From Octopus vulgaris (Eukaryota): DNA of 64,000 nucleotides. Both the position numbers and the translations under genes were made by a program. Under the pieces are notes generated by a model. The model saw only the letters and a program-made list of their open reading frames with translations. It searched no databases and was not told where the DNA came from. Below are positions 1 through 14,269 of the stretch, piece by piece. Each line of letters starts with the position of its first letter. The first letter of the stretch is position 1. The stretch covers positions 24,490,001 through 24,554,000 of the forward strand of contig OX597821.1 of the NCBI GenBank assembly GCA_951406725.2. The letters run 5' to 3'.

Positions 1-120
1 ACGCGGACAGAAATCGAATTCTCAAAGTTACGCGACAATACATAAATTCAAAGCAATGAGAAGAAAGAGGCATTACATTTGACAGAGTAATTTGAATGAT
101 AAAGGTTTAAATATAGAGTA

Positions 121-171
121 TTTATTATAGCTTTGGATACAGAAACTTTTGATAACGATACCAAGTTTATT
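121..171 (-). promoter_or_regulatory. Candidate polyadenylation signals (AATAAA at 171-166 and 126-121)
   Basis: About 200-245 nt downstream of the C3 stop; chance matches are common in AT-rich DNA. Confidence 0.3.
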
Positions 172-365
172 CGCTTTCAAAGAATGTTACAAGAAATCTT
201 TAATGAATTACAGAAGAAAACGTGATTAAAACTTAAAAAAGGAAAGTGAGATTTTGTCAACCTTTGCTTGTTTAAACAACTAAAAGTAACATTGACGGCG
301 ACAACAACCACAGCAACAACGAAGTGAGTATTAAATCAATGAAATTTTAATCTGAATGAACAAAC

Positions 366-491
366 TCAGCCAAATGTAGCATTCCCGGTCATATTCCCTG
401 TGAACGCCGTCATATTGGCATTTTTATCACATGGATGTACAGAACTAGTTTGGAACACTATTACTCCATAGGACAAGAGAGTCCCAGATAT
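366..491 (-). CDS. GRL constant exon C3 (terminal): ISGTLLSYGVIVFQTSSVHPCDKNANMTAFTGNMTGNATFG*
   Basis: Polypyrimidine tract and CAG acceptor (cttctctttcttttccag) precede 491; 126 nt open to TGA at 368-366; SYGVIVFQ matches the GR-family TM7b motif TYhhhhhQF; not in the ORF track, translated by hand. Confidence 0.9.
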   Translation of the reverse strand: MSGTLLSYGVIVFQTSSVHPCDKNANMTAFTGNMTGNATFG

Positions 492-979
492 CTGGAAAAG
501 AAAGAGAAGAAATAAGAGAGGCAAAACAAGTTCAGATTAACAGTCCAAAGTCATATCATATTCTATTTAATAGCGAAATAAATATTCTAGGGTCATTGTA
601 CAGTGTTTGTTGACAATTTAACAGTATGTGCAGGTCAGTGTAGATATGATGGTCACTCTAGATTAGAGTTCACATTGTACAGTAACTGGTGATCAACAGA
701 TTATTTGGTAGTCAGTGTTGATTATTTAGTAGCGAGTTTAGGTGCTAATTGGTTAAATCAAACTATTTGGTCGTCGGCTTAGATTATTTGCAAAATAATT
801 TAGTCAGAGTATATGACATTAGAAATACGAGAAAATTAATCAAAATTAATTATCATGCAGGGAATTAAATAACACGCATAGAATTTCTAAACAATTATTT
901 ATTAGGAATTAAATTAACCAATTTTTTTAAAGTATTGATTTATCAACTATTGAACTTTGTAACTATTGATTGCCTAAAC

Positions 980-1218
980 CAGAGCTTCTCAACCATTTAA
1001 CGCTTTTGGTTTCTATTTTACTCAGGTGGACCCGCTCATGTTTAAAAACATCCCTTTATATTTTTATAATTAAATATTGTTAGGACCTGTATGAATAAAT
1101 TGTTGAAATATTTTGTGTTTAGTAGAAGTATAACCAAATTATTGTGCATTCATTTTAACTTCAAAATCTTATATGGACCCCTAAGAGCCTTACGGATCCC
1201 ACGGCTGAGAACCACTGC
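980..1218. mobile_element. hAT-like MITE
   Basis: Ends cagagcttctcaacc ... ggctgagaaccactg form an imperfect CAG-type TIR; a related end lies near 55660-55681. Confidence 0.45.
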
Positions 1219-1547
1219 TCCAAACTACTCATTTCTTCTGTATCGGATTGTCTTAATATTTATTTGTCTAACAACTTTATACGGAAAAAAAAATCATCAT
1301 TATTAATGGTTAAGATTTCTCACTTGCGAATAGTATATTATAGCCTAAAGCAGAGGTCCCCAACTACCGGACCCGGACCAGGATTGCACCGGGGTTAATT
1401 TGAACCCAGGCCGCACACAAAGAATATATCTTAATAGTTTGTTTCTATTTTATAGACCACCGCAGTCTACATGGTGGTTTATTTTGAAAAACTAACACTT
1501 CTGTCCGTGCCACTTACCCGCACCTGCCTGAAACAGTTTGTAAATAA

Positions 1548-1676
<129 letters not shown>

Positions 1677-2022
1677 AACTAACCTAAAAGCCGCACTCCG
1701 TGAGGACATTTAAGTTGGCTCCTGCTGGGGGTTAATTGAAGAGAACTAATTATTATCACTATAATACGTCTATTATGACTATATGCCCCGGCAGTGTTTG
1801 ATTAGAAGTTAACGACAGGTGAGAATTAATTCTGTAATACAATCATTCTGTGGTTCCAGTCCCTGTTTAATTTCCAACTGTTGGCCAAATTGTACTAAAG
1901 TTCTCATCTCAACGTAAAATTAATGAAGCGAATGACATTTATCTCCCCCTTGATCTCTGACGTCATCTGACAAGCGCCAACCAAGATGGCATTAATCAGG
2001 CAAGCTTTACTTGCTAGAAATA

Positions 2023-3310
2023 CGAGGGGCGTTCAATAAGTAATGCTCCTGACCCACTTGCAGTTATTTGATCTAGAAATTTTGCATGTACAATTATATA
2101 TATCTTTATAGATTAAGTGGCAAATTACAGCTCTGAACTAATTGTGGTTTCTGATTTACAGGTGTTTGAACTGAGTCAAGTGTGAAATGGAGCCTGTTGA
2201 GTGTCGAGCAGTGATCCGGTTTTTGTATTTGAAAGAACGCACACCACGGGAGACTTTTGATGAAACGAAAGTAACTTATGGTGATGATGCCCCATCATAT
2301 GACCTTGTAAAACGCTGGTATCGTGAATTCAAACATGGTCGGAACTCTGTGGAAACAGCCCCCAGATCTGGTCGCCCCCTTCTGCCATTGATGAGGCATC
2401 TGTCCGTCATGTTGAGGCTGCCATTTTGGAAGATCGACGCATAACTATTCGCCAAATAGCCCATGAGGTCAAGATTAGTACCGGGTCTGTGGAAACTATC
2501 ATTCATGACCATTTGCATATGTAAAAGGTGTCTGCCAGATGGATTCCCAGGTTGCTCACATCTTTCCAGAAGCAAGAACGTGTCGATTGCTCGAGGATGA
2601 ATTTGGAGATGTGCCAAGAAGATGAGTCAAAATTTTTCAAAGACTGATTACACAGGATGAAACCTGGGTCCATCACTATGATCCAGAGACCAAAGCCCAG
2701 TCAATGCAGTGGAAACACCGTGACTCACCTCCTCCAAAGAAGGCAAGGGTGCAGCCCTCTGCTGGCAAGGTCATGCTCACAGTCTTCTGGGACCAGGACG
2801 GAGTACTGATGACAGATTTCCTGGCAAAGGGTGCCACAATTACAGGAGCCTATTATGCTTCACTTTTGAGGAAATTAAGAGAAGCTATCAAAATCAAGAG
2901 GCGGGGCAAGATCAGCAAAGGCATCCTCCTCTTGCAGGACAACGCTCCGGTTCACAACTCGCGTGTCGCCAGATCAGAAGCACAGGCGTGCGGCTATGAA
3001 CTCATCCCCCATCCCCCCTACTCTCCTGACCTTGCACCCTTTGATTTTCACCTCTTCCCAGCCATGAAGTTGTTTTTGAAAGGGAAGCGTTTCCCAGATG
3101 ATGCAGCCTTGATTTCTGAAGTCACGTCGTGGTTGGAGGACCAAGCTGGGGTCTTCTACAAAAACGGTCTCCAGAGTTGCATCAAACGATGTGAGAAATG
3201 CGTAATTCTGGGTGGTTCCTATGTAGAATAAAACTAATAACTGTGCCAAGTTTCGTTGCTCTGCTGCTATGGGAAGTGGGTCAGAGGCATTACTTATTGA
3301 ACGCCCCTCG
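2023..3310 (+). mobile_element. Full-length mariner (DD34D) transposon with disrupted transposase
   Basis: TIRs cgaggggcgttcaataagtaatg / cattacttattgaacgcccctcg flanked by TA; motifs WIPRLL, DETWVHHY, DNAP, YSPDLAPFDF; frameshift near 2380 and in-frame TAA near 2522. Confidence 0.95.
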
Positions 3311-3469
3311 TAGCAACTCATATGCTTCTAAATAAGATCCCCGTGGTGGATCCCAAGAAGCAAATTAAGGGCAGATTTTCAATCCCGGGATCGTCCTGAT
3401 TCCCAAAAGGTATAATATGCCTATGTAGAGCAAATGTGGACTTAGATAATCGTTTAGTATATATATAGT

Positions 3470-3508
<39 letters not shown>

Positions 3509-3511
<3 letters not shown>

Positions 3512-3828
3512 CGCATGATTTAGTGGTTAGGGCATTCGGCTCATGATCGTAAGGACGTGATTTCATTTCCTGGCGATGTGTTGTGTCCTTCTGCGGGGCA
3601 CTTTATTTCACGTTGTTCCAGTCCACTCAGCTGGCAAAAATCAGTAGTATCTGTGTTTCAAAGGGCCGGCCTTGTCACACGTTGTGTCACGCTGAATCTC
3701 TCTGAGAACAACACGTGTTAAGGGTACATGTTTCTGTGGAGTGCTCAGCCACTTGCACATTAATTTCACGAGAAAGCTGTTCGTTGATCATATTAGCTGG
3801 GACCCTCGTTGTCGTAACCGACGGAGTG
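3509..3828 (+). mobile_element. tRNA-derived SINE
   Basis: tRNA-like head (ggcgcatgatttagtggttaggg); body shared with copies at 14270, 50367 and 59060. Confidence 0.75.
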
Positions 3829-3829
3829 G

Positions 3830-3882
<53 letters not shown>

Positions 3883-3883
<1 letters not shown>

Positions 3884-4116
3884 AGTGTACATTTAAACAC
3901 ATAAGAGGTATCTGTCATAGGATTCCTGGCACGCTAGAAGGAACAGCCAAAGTCCAAACCACTATTAGCGATAAAACCTCGAAGGGAATGAAAAATGTTT
4001 TTATTTTTCTTTCCCTTCGAGGTTTTATCGCTAATAGAGGTTTGGAGTTTGGCTGTTCCTTCTAGCGTGCCAGGAATCCTGTGACGGATACCTCTTATGT
4101 GTTTAAATGTACACTG
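3883..4116. repeat. Inverted repeat with ~105 bp arms
   Basis: tagtgtacatttaaacac...cctcgaagggaa is mirrored by ttcccttcgagg...gtgtttaaatgtacactg. Confidence 0.85.
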
Positions 4117-4207
4117 TATTTATATGAATAATATATAATCTATTGACTAATTTTTCTACACGCTAGGCCACTGGTAGTAAAAATTTCTAAAACCTTTATT
4201 ACCCTGT

Positions 4208-4317
<110 letters not shown>

Positions 4318-4631
4318 TGATAATTACATTTCCATTATGTATGTAATAATTAAATTACATATTCACTTTATGATTTTGTTATGAACATGATTTTTTTCGG
4401 TCGCTGGAAACATTGTCTGGCATGAAAATGTTACAAAAAGAAACCCCAGTCATGTTAATTAAAAAATATTAAAGAAGAAACTATATTTGTGAATCCAGCA
4501 AACTTTTGTTTTTTCCTCAATAATTGTCTCGTTGTATTTACATAAATAACTCTTTTATATTTACATTAATAACTCTTTTAAATTATCAGAATTTCTAGAT
4601 TCTAAACAGAAAACTTAGAGTTGTTTCTTAC

Positions 4632-4718
4632 CATAAGTATTGTTGAGGAGTCGATATTGAACATTTTGGCGGCAGTGAGGTAGCTTGGATTGGAGACTCT
4701 TGCGAAGAATAGAGAAAT
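4632..4718 (-). CDS. GRL constant exon C2: ISLFFARVSNPSYLTAAKMFNIDSSTILM
   Basis: TAG acceptor at 4721-4719 and GTAAGA donor at 4631; 87 nt, phase 0/0; LTAAKMFNID resembles the GR TM7a motif (hTa.ghF.hd). Confidence 0.88.
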
Positions 4719-4899
4719 CTAGAATATTTTTTTTAAAGGGTGAAAAAAGAAGTTGAGGTTATTTGTAAGTAATGTTATATTTCATTTAAGAAGATGAGCA
4801 AGCTCACGATTAGAACTCCGTATGTATTGCTCTGCAGAATAGTGAAACGTAGGAAAATAAAAATAGCTGCTAATATTTTCTTTGTAAAGTATGGCAGTG

Positions 4900-5165
4900 A
4901 TCTGGTAGAGTCGTTAGGACGAACTGCGAGAAGACAGCAAAGCTTTTATGGTGGAACGCGACTATGATTTGCTTGGAGAATTGGAATCACAAGACTTCAA
5001 TGAAATGCTAGCTTATTTGACAAATATTTTCACCCGTATGAAGGATCTGAGTCTATCTCTTCAAAGAAAAAACAGATATATTGAAATGCTGTGAAAAGCT
5101 AAACGCTTTCAAAGAAAAGTTAGCTCTTTGGTGTTGACGAGTGAAAAGAGGGAATCTACCAGTTA
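4900..5165 (+). mobile_element. Degenerate hAT (Charlie/Buster-like) transposase fragment in the C1-C2 intron
   Basis: Translates across a frameshift to LAYLTNIF..DLSLSLQ...NAFKEKLALW..VKRGN. Confidence 0.55.
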
Positions 5166-5229
5166 CACATACATACATACATACATACATACATACATAC
5201 ATACATACAATGAAAACAAAATAACTCAC

Positions 5230-5301
5230 CCTTGTCATTGTGTCTTGGCTGTGCTCTTTATTGAAACTCAGTTTGTATAAATACTCAATGGGCTCTTCAA
5301 C
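5230..5301 (-). CDS. GRL constant exon C1: VEEPIEYLYKLSFNKEHSQDTMTR
   Basis: ttctttccctgtttcag acceptor and GTGAGT donor; 72 nt, phase 0/0; continues in frame from the V-exon ends (..LQAA|VEEP..). Confidence 0.85.
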
Positions 5302-7321
5302 CTGAAACAGGGAAAGAATAGAAAGAACAACAAATTTTTGATGGGTTCTAGTTTTTAATACAGTTGCCGTCGTTGTCGTCATCGCTGCTGCAGCTTCTGT
5401 TGTTGTTGTCGTTGTTGATATTACTGCTGTTGCTTAGCTATACGTCGACCCAGAACTAACTGATCTATGTTCAAATGTATACCAAACTGACTAAACCGTC
5501 TCTCAAATAGCTTGAGTGTGATTTGAGGGAAATTTAACTGCTATCTTATCATAAGGCTCCCCGGACTGGCTTGGATTGCTGTTCGATCAGCCCAGATTTA
5601 GCAGATTTATGATTAAAAACGTTCTATCCAGGAGCACCTTATACTTTTAAGAACATTCTAAAGGCAATAGTACGTGTGGGTCTTTTAATTTTTCAAGACG
5701 GATTCAGTTCTTGGATAAGACGACATGTTGTGCCCTGGAGCAAGGCCCATCATTTTACGTGATTTCAACAGAATCCTAAAGTAATAGGTGTGATTATTGG
5801 ACAAGACAGCATGTTGTACCCTTGAGCGAGGCATATCATTTCACGGTATACGAAACTCCCATTTGAAAATGAGTGCTAGCTGACTGTTGGTGCAACCTTC
5901 CCTCCCCCAGGCTATCACGCCCTCCATGTTTAACGGGGCTAACGGTGAGAGGTTTTAAACATTATCTACGTCTACTCGCGACCATATAAGCGATAGCATG
6001 GTACATGCTTCCAGGTTATGCTCGATTGTGAGTGACGGTTTATCTTTTAAAGCTCTCAATGGGTAATATGCCAGCAATATGGTTGGTCTTACCGGCAGGT
6101 GAGATGTCCACGGAGAGATTTGTTATTGGTTAATATTTTATGTCGTTTGTTTTGTTTAGGGTTATATTTACAGCGGCTTCATTAATAGCAACAGCTACAA
6201 CAATAGCAACAATAGCAACAACAGTAACTGCAACCATAACAACACAGGCAGCAGCAACAACTATAAATATAACAACAACAACTCCAACAGCAATAACAGT
6301 ATCAAAAAAGTAAGAACAATAACAAAAACAACAGTCATAACAACAACAACACTAAGACGGCAAGTTAAAATTTGTAGATGTAACTGCTGTTTCTAGCGGC
6401 TCGAAGTAACATATAGAGCCTCATTCATGGCAACCCTCGCCAAATACCCAAACATACGTACAGCATTCCAAAACACTAGAAGGATGCCTTCCTAAAACCA
6501 CTATCGTAATGGTGGGTGTAAGAATCGCGGATCACATTTTTATCATGGATCATTCATAATTACATATATGCATGCATGCATACATACATACATACATACA
6601 TACATACATACATAAATTAGAAATTTTCGCTTCAATATATGGTCCGTCTTTGCCTAAAAATGAATACAGGGAGGAAGAATTCTTTAAATAGCACCTCATT
6701 AACTTTCGATAAAAGTCCGGGGATCGAACGCATGATCTAGCGATCATAGTTACACATGTGCAGACATCACTTGAAAAGCGCGCATCAACTGCTACACAAA
6801 CACAAACACACACGCACACACACGTTACAGTTGCGCACACACACAAATCAGACTGTCTTGCCCCCATTCACACATACACACATACTCACATGCACCATTC
6901 TCACATACACAAACACAATCGCACACTTTAGTTCGTTGGCATCACAATTATTATTTCCCTTTCATTCAACCACTTTTTATTATTACATCCTTTTCATTCA
7001 GCCATTTTTTCTAGTCATACGCCATGTTTGACCGCTGAACTGTATACTATTTTTTTCCTCGGTTTTTTTTTTTTTTTTTTCATTCTCTCTCAATTTTTAC
7101 CTTCTTATTCCTTTCTGTCCAAGAACGTAGGCCCGGACGTAAAAGACTTTTCCATTATTCCCGAGCATCAAACTAATACACCTACTTATTGTTCCAACAC
7201 GTGTCTTCGTCTTTGCTTTTCTGTAAATTCGAACTATCTTTTTTTACAAAAAAGCCATTACTTTTATACCTAGTGTGCATTTTCCTTGTTTCTTTTTACT
7301 TTTCTTTCGCTACATATATGT

Positions 7322-7355
<34 letters not shown>

Positions 7356-7359
7356 ATGT

Positions 7360-7570
7360 GTTTGTGTGTCTGTGTTTGTCCCCCTAGCATTGCTTGACAA
7401 CCGATGCTGGTGTGTTTACGTCCCCGTCACTTAGCGGTTCGGCAAAAGAGACCGATAGAATAAGTACTGGGCTTGCAAAGAATAAGTCCCGGGGTCGAGT
7501 TGCTCGATTAAAGGCGGTGCACCAGCATGGCCGCAGTCGAATGACTGAAACAAGTAAAAGAGTAAAAGAG

Positions 7571-7572
<2 letters not shown>
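7360..7572 (+). mobile_element. SINE 3' half ending in a gtaaaaga tail
   Basis: Same family as 20060-20470 and 48918-49345. Confidence 0.75.
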
Positions 7573-7659
<87 letters not shown>

Positions 7660-7746
7660 ATCCAAACAAGAAAGCACAAAAGAAACTCAACAACGCGAGG
7701 ACGTGGAACAAATATAGTATTATTGGACGCTCAGGAAAGAAGGAGA

Positions 7747-7781
7747 GTTTAACGTTTCGAGCGGAGCTCTTCGTCGGAAAC
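7747..7781 (-). ncRNA. Minimal hammerhead-like motif (variant core CCGACGA) at a Penelope-type terminus
   Basis: gttt-ccgacga-a-gagc-tcc-gctc-gaaa-cg-tt-aaac. Confidence 0.4.
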
Positions 7782-7949
7782 ATAGGAGAAGGAAAGATCC
7801 AGAGAAGGGAAGACAGAGGAAAAAAAATCGCCAACGGTACACACTGAGGTCACATTTTGAAAGACCGGAAGGAAAAGGGTGAAGAAAGATGTTTTCAAAG
7901 ACAGAAGAGTAGTATTGTCAAAGACTGCAGAATGATAGAGGGGGAATAT

Positions 7950-9370
7950 GTGTGTAAGTGTGGATATGTGCGTGTGCGGAGGTCTGCGTGTGTGTGTGTA
8001 TGTGTGCAATGATGACACGTGTGTGTGTGTGTGTGCGTGTCTGTGTGTATGTGTGTGTGGTTGTGGCTGTAAACAAAGGGCTAGTAGTAAGGCTAGTAGC
8101 AGGGTTAGTTTGTAAGGCTAGTAGAATAAGGAGTGGTGTTTTTTTGTCCCTGCCACTGGTCAGTACTGTTACTTTGAAGTATGTGTGTGTGTGCGTGTAT
8201 GTATATGTATCGTGTGTGTGTTTTGTTTGTAGTGTGTGTGTGTGTGTGTATGTATGTGTGTGTTCGTGTGTGTATGCGTAGAGTTTGGGTGTGTGGCGAA
8301 TAACTGTGCTTTACTCAGTGTATGTGTGCGTGTCTGCTTGTACGTGCGTATGTGTGTATACATGTATGTATAATTGTGTGCGTGTATGTATAATTGTGTG
8401 CCGTGTGTATGGGACGTATGTGTGTGTTCATTTGTGTGTGTGCGTATGTATGTGCGTGCGTGTCGTATGTGCGTGTAGTTCTGTGTGCGTGTACGTGTGC
8501 GTTTGTATGTGTGTGTATGTAAGCGTATATGGATGTATATGCGTGTATCCGGGGGGTTGTGAGTTTTGAGTGCGTGCGTATGTGTGCGCATGTTTATGTG
8601 TGCGTATGTGTGCGTGTGTGTCTGTGCCTATATGTGTATACGTATGTGTATGTGTGCGTGCGCGTGTAGGCATATATTGTGTGTATGTATATGTATCGGT
8701 GTATATGTGAATTTGTGTATGAGTGTGTGTGTGTGTGTTTTTTTTTGTGTTGTGTGGGCGTAATGTGCGTGCGTGTGTGCGCTTACGTGCGTGTATGTGT
8801 GTGTGTGTGTGTGCCCATGTGTGTATAAGTGTGTGCGTATCTGTATGAGTATTGTTTGTTGGAGGTATATGTGGGCATCTGTGCTGGTGTGTGTGTATGT
8901 ACGTGTGTATGTGTGTGTGCGTGTATTGTGTGCGTATGTACGTGCGTGTATGCGTATGTGCGTGTGCGTGACCGTAGAGATGTGTGTCAGGTTGTGTTCA
9001 TTTTAATGTGTGTACGCGCGTGTGCTTGAGTATGTGAGTGTATGTGGCTATGTGTACGTTTATGTGTGTGTGTAAAGGTATGTGTGTGTGTCTAAAGGTA
9101 TGTGTCTAAAGGTTTGTGTGTCTGTGTATGCTGGATGGGATACGTTAGGTTTCTGTGCATTCTTGTGCGTGTGTGTGCGTTTGTGTACGTGAGTGTGTGC
9201 ACGGGCATATGTGTGTGTGCGCGTGGGTGTGTGTATTTTGTGTGTGTGCGTGTGTGTATATATGTGGAAGTATGTGTGCGTATATGTGCATGTATGTTGT
9301 ATGTGTGTGTGGTGTGTTGGAAGTATGTGTGTGTTCGTGGATACGTGAGTATGTGTGTGTATGTGTTTCT
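7950..9370. repeat. Long degenerate (GT/CA)n tract
   Basis: Direct reading. Confidence 0.9.
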
Positions 9371-9557
9371 GTATAAGGACAATAATTTATAAAAACAATA
9401 AAATAATAAAAAAAACAATAAATGATATAAAAAACGTAATAGTACGTAGGGAAAGGAATAAAAGAAAAAAAGGGAAGGAAGAAATAAGAAATAAAAAAAG
9501 TTGCTTGTTGCGGGAGGTATATACATATACATACAGACATACATATATATATGCATA

Positions 9558-10589
9558 CTAGCTTAAGGTGACCCGCTCTACGCGCGGGTAAGAGTGTGGT
9601 TGTTATTTTCTGTTGCATCCTTTCGGCACGTAAAAAGCACCATCCGAACGTGGCCGATGGCAGCGCCGCCTTGACTGCACGAAAAAAGCACGTACTACAA
9701 TCACGGAGTGGTTGGCGTTAGGAAGGGCATCCAGCTGTAGAAACACTGCCAGATCAGACTGGAGCCTGGTGCAGCCTCCTGGCTTCCCAGACCCCGGTCA
9801 AACCGTCCAATCTGTGCTAGCACGGAAAACGGAGGTTAAACGATGATGATGATGATGATGATGATTCTCCCTCATATATATATATATATATAAATTAAAT
9901 TAGAGATAAAACCACTATTAGGCAAATCAAACAGTGAAAAACATAAACGAAAACATAAAAACAAAAATATAATATACAAAATATATAAAATATAAAAGTA
10001 AAAAATTTAAAATTAAAATTATTAATTTATATTTATAATTTTTTCAAAAAATATAACTATCAAAAAGTATTAAAAAGTTTAATATACATATTTATATATA
10101 GAACACACACACACACACACACATATATAAATTAACCCAATAAATATCTGATTCATAATATTTGTTCTCATGATTGTATGGATGTGGTGGCGATGATAAT
10201 TCTCTCTATGAATGCAGACAGACGTAGAGAGAGAGAGAGTGTGAAAGCGCTGTCGAAGGCGGGGAGGGGGGAGATATAGACCGCTGTTTCACGACGTTAT
10301 AAAGAGATTTGAAGGGGAGTTAGTCGCTGTTAAACGACGTTATATATAGAAAGTGATGGGAAGGGAGGAAAGAGAGTGAGTGACGGAGGAAGACAGATAC
10401 ATAAAAGAATGAGAGTAGACTTGTCAAAGTGCGTTTTTGGCCCTAGCAACGACACTGGCATCCTCACTTCATTTTACATGTCCCTGTAAATGTTGGAGTC
10501 AATCCGACGGGATCTAGTGGCCTTTAACCCGTTCTCAATGCCAAAACCAGACAAACTAACTTTTCGCATTTCAGTTTTATAAATAGAGA
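9558..10589 (-). mobile_element. Non-autonomous Helitron carrying a nested (gat)n-tailed SINE-like segment
   Basis: Minus-strand 5' TCTCTATTTATAAAA; 3' hairpin cccgcgcgtagagcggg followed by CTAG; inserted at A|T. Confidence 0.7.
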
Positions 10590-10607
10590 TGTATGTATGT
10601 ATGTATG

Positions 10608-10677
<70 letters not shown>

Positions 10678-10740
10678 TATACGTATATATATATATATAT
10701 ACATATATACATACATATATATACATATACATACATATAA

Positions 10741-10794
<54 letters not shown>

Positions 10795-10813
10795 TTGCAT
10801 GATAGTCACAATG

Positions 10814-11345
10814 TATTGGGTTGTCCGGAAAGTTCGTGCCGATTTATAGTAGCTTACATTTCGACTTATTTTAGAACATGTTTGAAACCATAAAATAGGA
10901 TTTGACTACACGTCCATTTAGAGCACAGTTTAAGCTATCTTTTCGTGTATGAAGGTTTATGTTCCTATAACCTGTGTTAATTCTGTAACCCTTTAAAATG
11001 GAAGATAAGAATGTTCATTTTCGGTAGTTGATGATTTGGGAACCAGACAAAAATTGCTGCAGCTCGGCTGGGATGTGTTACCCCACCCTCCATATTCACC
11101 AGATATTGCTCCTTCGGATTTCCACTTATTCAGGTCTCTGTAGGATAGTTTTAATGGTAAAAATTTCAATTCCTTGGATGACGTAAAAAGATACCTTGAT
11201 GAATTCTTTGCCATGAAACCACCCCAGTTCTGGGAAGAGGGAATTTTCAAGTTAAAGGAAAGATGGAGACGCATTGTGCAACAAAATGGTTCATTTTTGG
11301 TTGATTAAAAATGTAATGGCAAGTATTTATTGACCTTTTTCTTTC
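10814..11345 (+). mobile_element. Internally deleted mariner of a second family
   Basis: TIR-like tattgggttgtccggaaagttcg; encodes LGWDVLPHPPYSPDIAPSDFHLFRSL...FWEEGIFKLKERW. Confidence 0.75.
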
Positions 11346-11664
11346 CTTTTACAGTGACCCCCTATTGCATGTGCAATCTTTTCTTTCACCTGATTGTTGT
11401 TCTCGGGGTTTTGGGTGAATGCTGTCCAGCCACTCCACTAGAGAATAGTTAGTTTGTTATATAGATAGATGTGTGTGTGTATATATATATATATGTATAT
11501 GCACATGTATGTAAACATATGGATATGAAGGTAAACAGATCAACATACAGACGGATAGGTACATAGTTTATATGAACAGACAAGCACACATACATATGAA
11601 GACACACGTCCACACATATCCATACATACACACACTCAGACATGCACACACAAGGAGACAGAGG

Positions 11665-11696
<32 letters not shown>

Positions 11697-12035
11697 ACAC
11701 ACGCACACACATACAAACACACACACATGCATACATACATACATGAGTATGCGCACACACACACACTAACCCCCACATATGCGCACAGACAAACAAAAAG
11801 AATGCAGTGTGAATGACAGTCAAGACTATTGAAAAGGTTGCAACGAAAATTTTAGAAAAATAAAAATGAAATAAATGGAAATTTTACCGGTGAGTGTGTT
11901 AAATTAGAAGGCCTTAAAAGAGAATAACTCTCCCCAGACACAACAGAATATTCCTCAACACACGAACTCACATAAAGAATCATGCAAATATATAAATACA
12001 CACACATATAATTGTATAAATATATGTCAACATAC

Positions 12036-12980
12036 AGCAGCTTGCAAAGTGATGCCACTATACAATACTGATATTGATAAAAAAGTCCGTGTAAATGCCA
12101 TTAAAGCGACAAGTGATTTTACTGTAATATCCAAATCTTTCTGAAATAGGACGTAGATCAATATACATGCTACAATCATCAAGAGCATGAAGAGGGTGAC
12201 TGTGTACATTGAGAAGTAGGTGTTGACTTCATGGAGAAGCTCCATTATCTCTTCGTATTTCTTCTGTAGATGAATCAACTTACTGTCAACGTCGCTAGTC
12301 GTTTGTTCTTTATCGTCGAAGAGTTTCAGTTTTTGTGAGAGTGTATGCAACTCACAACAGATTATTTCCATGAAGAAATGAAGTAGTATATGGTCACTGA
12401 GTATTCCAGAAGCAATGAACCAGCTGAAAAACAGGTAGTTTATTATTTCAAACTCTGTATTCTTCCACATTGGTATATATAATAATGTGTCCATATAAAT
12501 CGACGCGAATTCAGTTTTATTCAGTATTGCGATAGTTAACATACTCACGATTATTACAAAAGCTGAAAGTACCACTGAAAATAGAACTTTCCGCTTTAAT
12601 TTCCTGAAATAATTTTGCTCCGTTAAAGGAAAATAAGCCGCGAATTTCTCTTGCAATCTTCTGCCATATACGATATCGAAGATGAACCTCATATTGTGTG
12701 TTAAAATTTCCACAATATAGAAAAGCAGAAAATTGAAAAAGATGATAAATTTTGTGATATTCATCCCTGTGTCAAATATCATACATAAGCGCCATATATT
12801 CCATGCCAAAAATAGTAAAACGATACACTGAAGAACTTTACACAGATTATGTTGGCGTTTGGTGAGATAACCTGACGGGTAAAACTCTTGACTGGCGAGC
12901 GCCGTAAAATGTAATGCAGGTTTTAAAACGTCCATCAGATTTTCTTCACGTGAATCCTCTGTTGATCGCCCGTTGTACAT
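12036..12980 (-). CDS. GRL variable exon V1 (N-term to TM6, 315 codons)
   Basis: ORF 12027-12980 has multiple hydrophobic helices and GR-like IICCELHTLSQKL...LQKKYEEIMELLHEVNTYFS; the ORF end VC* is read-through of a GTATGT donor at 12035. Confidence 0.88.
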
Positions 12981-13507
12981 GTTGGTGGTTTCACTGCAGC
13001 TGGATATGTCAGCACTAGAGATGACAAAAGTAGTTAGATGACAGCATTATTAATATGTATTCTTTCACGTTACTCTGTACCCTGGTCATAAGATGTGCCC
13101 ATTTATCAATTATGCCACAAAATTCAAGGGGGATAATAAAAGCAGAAGAGATAGATAGATAGATAGAGTAACGAAAAAAGAAAGAAAAGAAAAAAGGAAA
13201 TGGAATCACACAATACTAAGATTTAATGAATGTAAAGTAGATCTCATTGGTTGGTGGCAGTCTGAATCTTCTCAAAGTGAAAAAAAGAATTATACTGAGA
13301 TGATGTTCGACATTCGTGTGATAGGATATTTATGTTCAGACTGGGAAGACAATATCTTGTTCAATGTGTGTGTGTGTGTGCGCGCGCGCGCCTATGTATG
13401 TGTGTGTGTGTATTGTGTCTTTGTGCGAGCGTGTATGCGTATGTATGTATTAATGTATTCATATATGGGGGGGTGTATACATATATAAGTATACATATAT
13501 ATATATA

Positions 13508-13569
<62 letters not shown>

Positions 13570-13622
13570 GTATGTATATATATATATATGTATGTATATA
13601 TATATATGTATGTATGTATATG

Positions 13623-13653
<31 letters not shown>

Positions 13654-13686
13654 ATATATATATATATGTATGTATATATATATATG

Positions 13687-13752
<66 letters not shown>

Positions 13753-13854
13753 TTTACTGTTATGTAATGGTGTAATAAAGTATTGATTGGGTATCATCTG
13801 ATGGTTGATGTTTGATTGATTTAAGTATGTTTCTCCATTTTCTAATTTTGTAGT

Positions 13855-13964
<110 letters not shown>

Positions 13965-14269
13965 TGGGGGCATTGTTTATAAAATGATTTGGAAGTGATG
14001 TATGCATTGTAGTGTTGAGGTGATGCATGTATCAGAGTATTGAGATGATTTATGTAAATATAACTTTGATACAAACTCAGGCGTTACACTGGACATACCA
14101 CTTGTTCTCTTGGGATCTGACATTAAATACATTAGAGAATAAATGTACATTAGCAACTATCCAACACTTCACAGCCTCACGCACATACACTCACACCCAC
14201 ATACACACACTTGCCAGCAACTCAATATCATATTATCGATATATGGATGGACACACTCCGTCGGTTACG

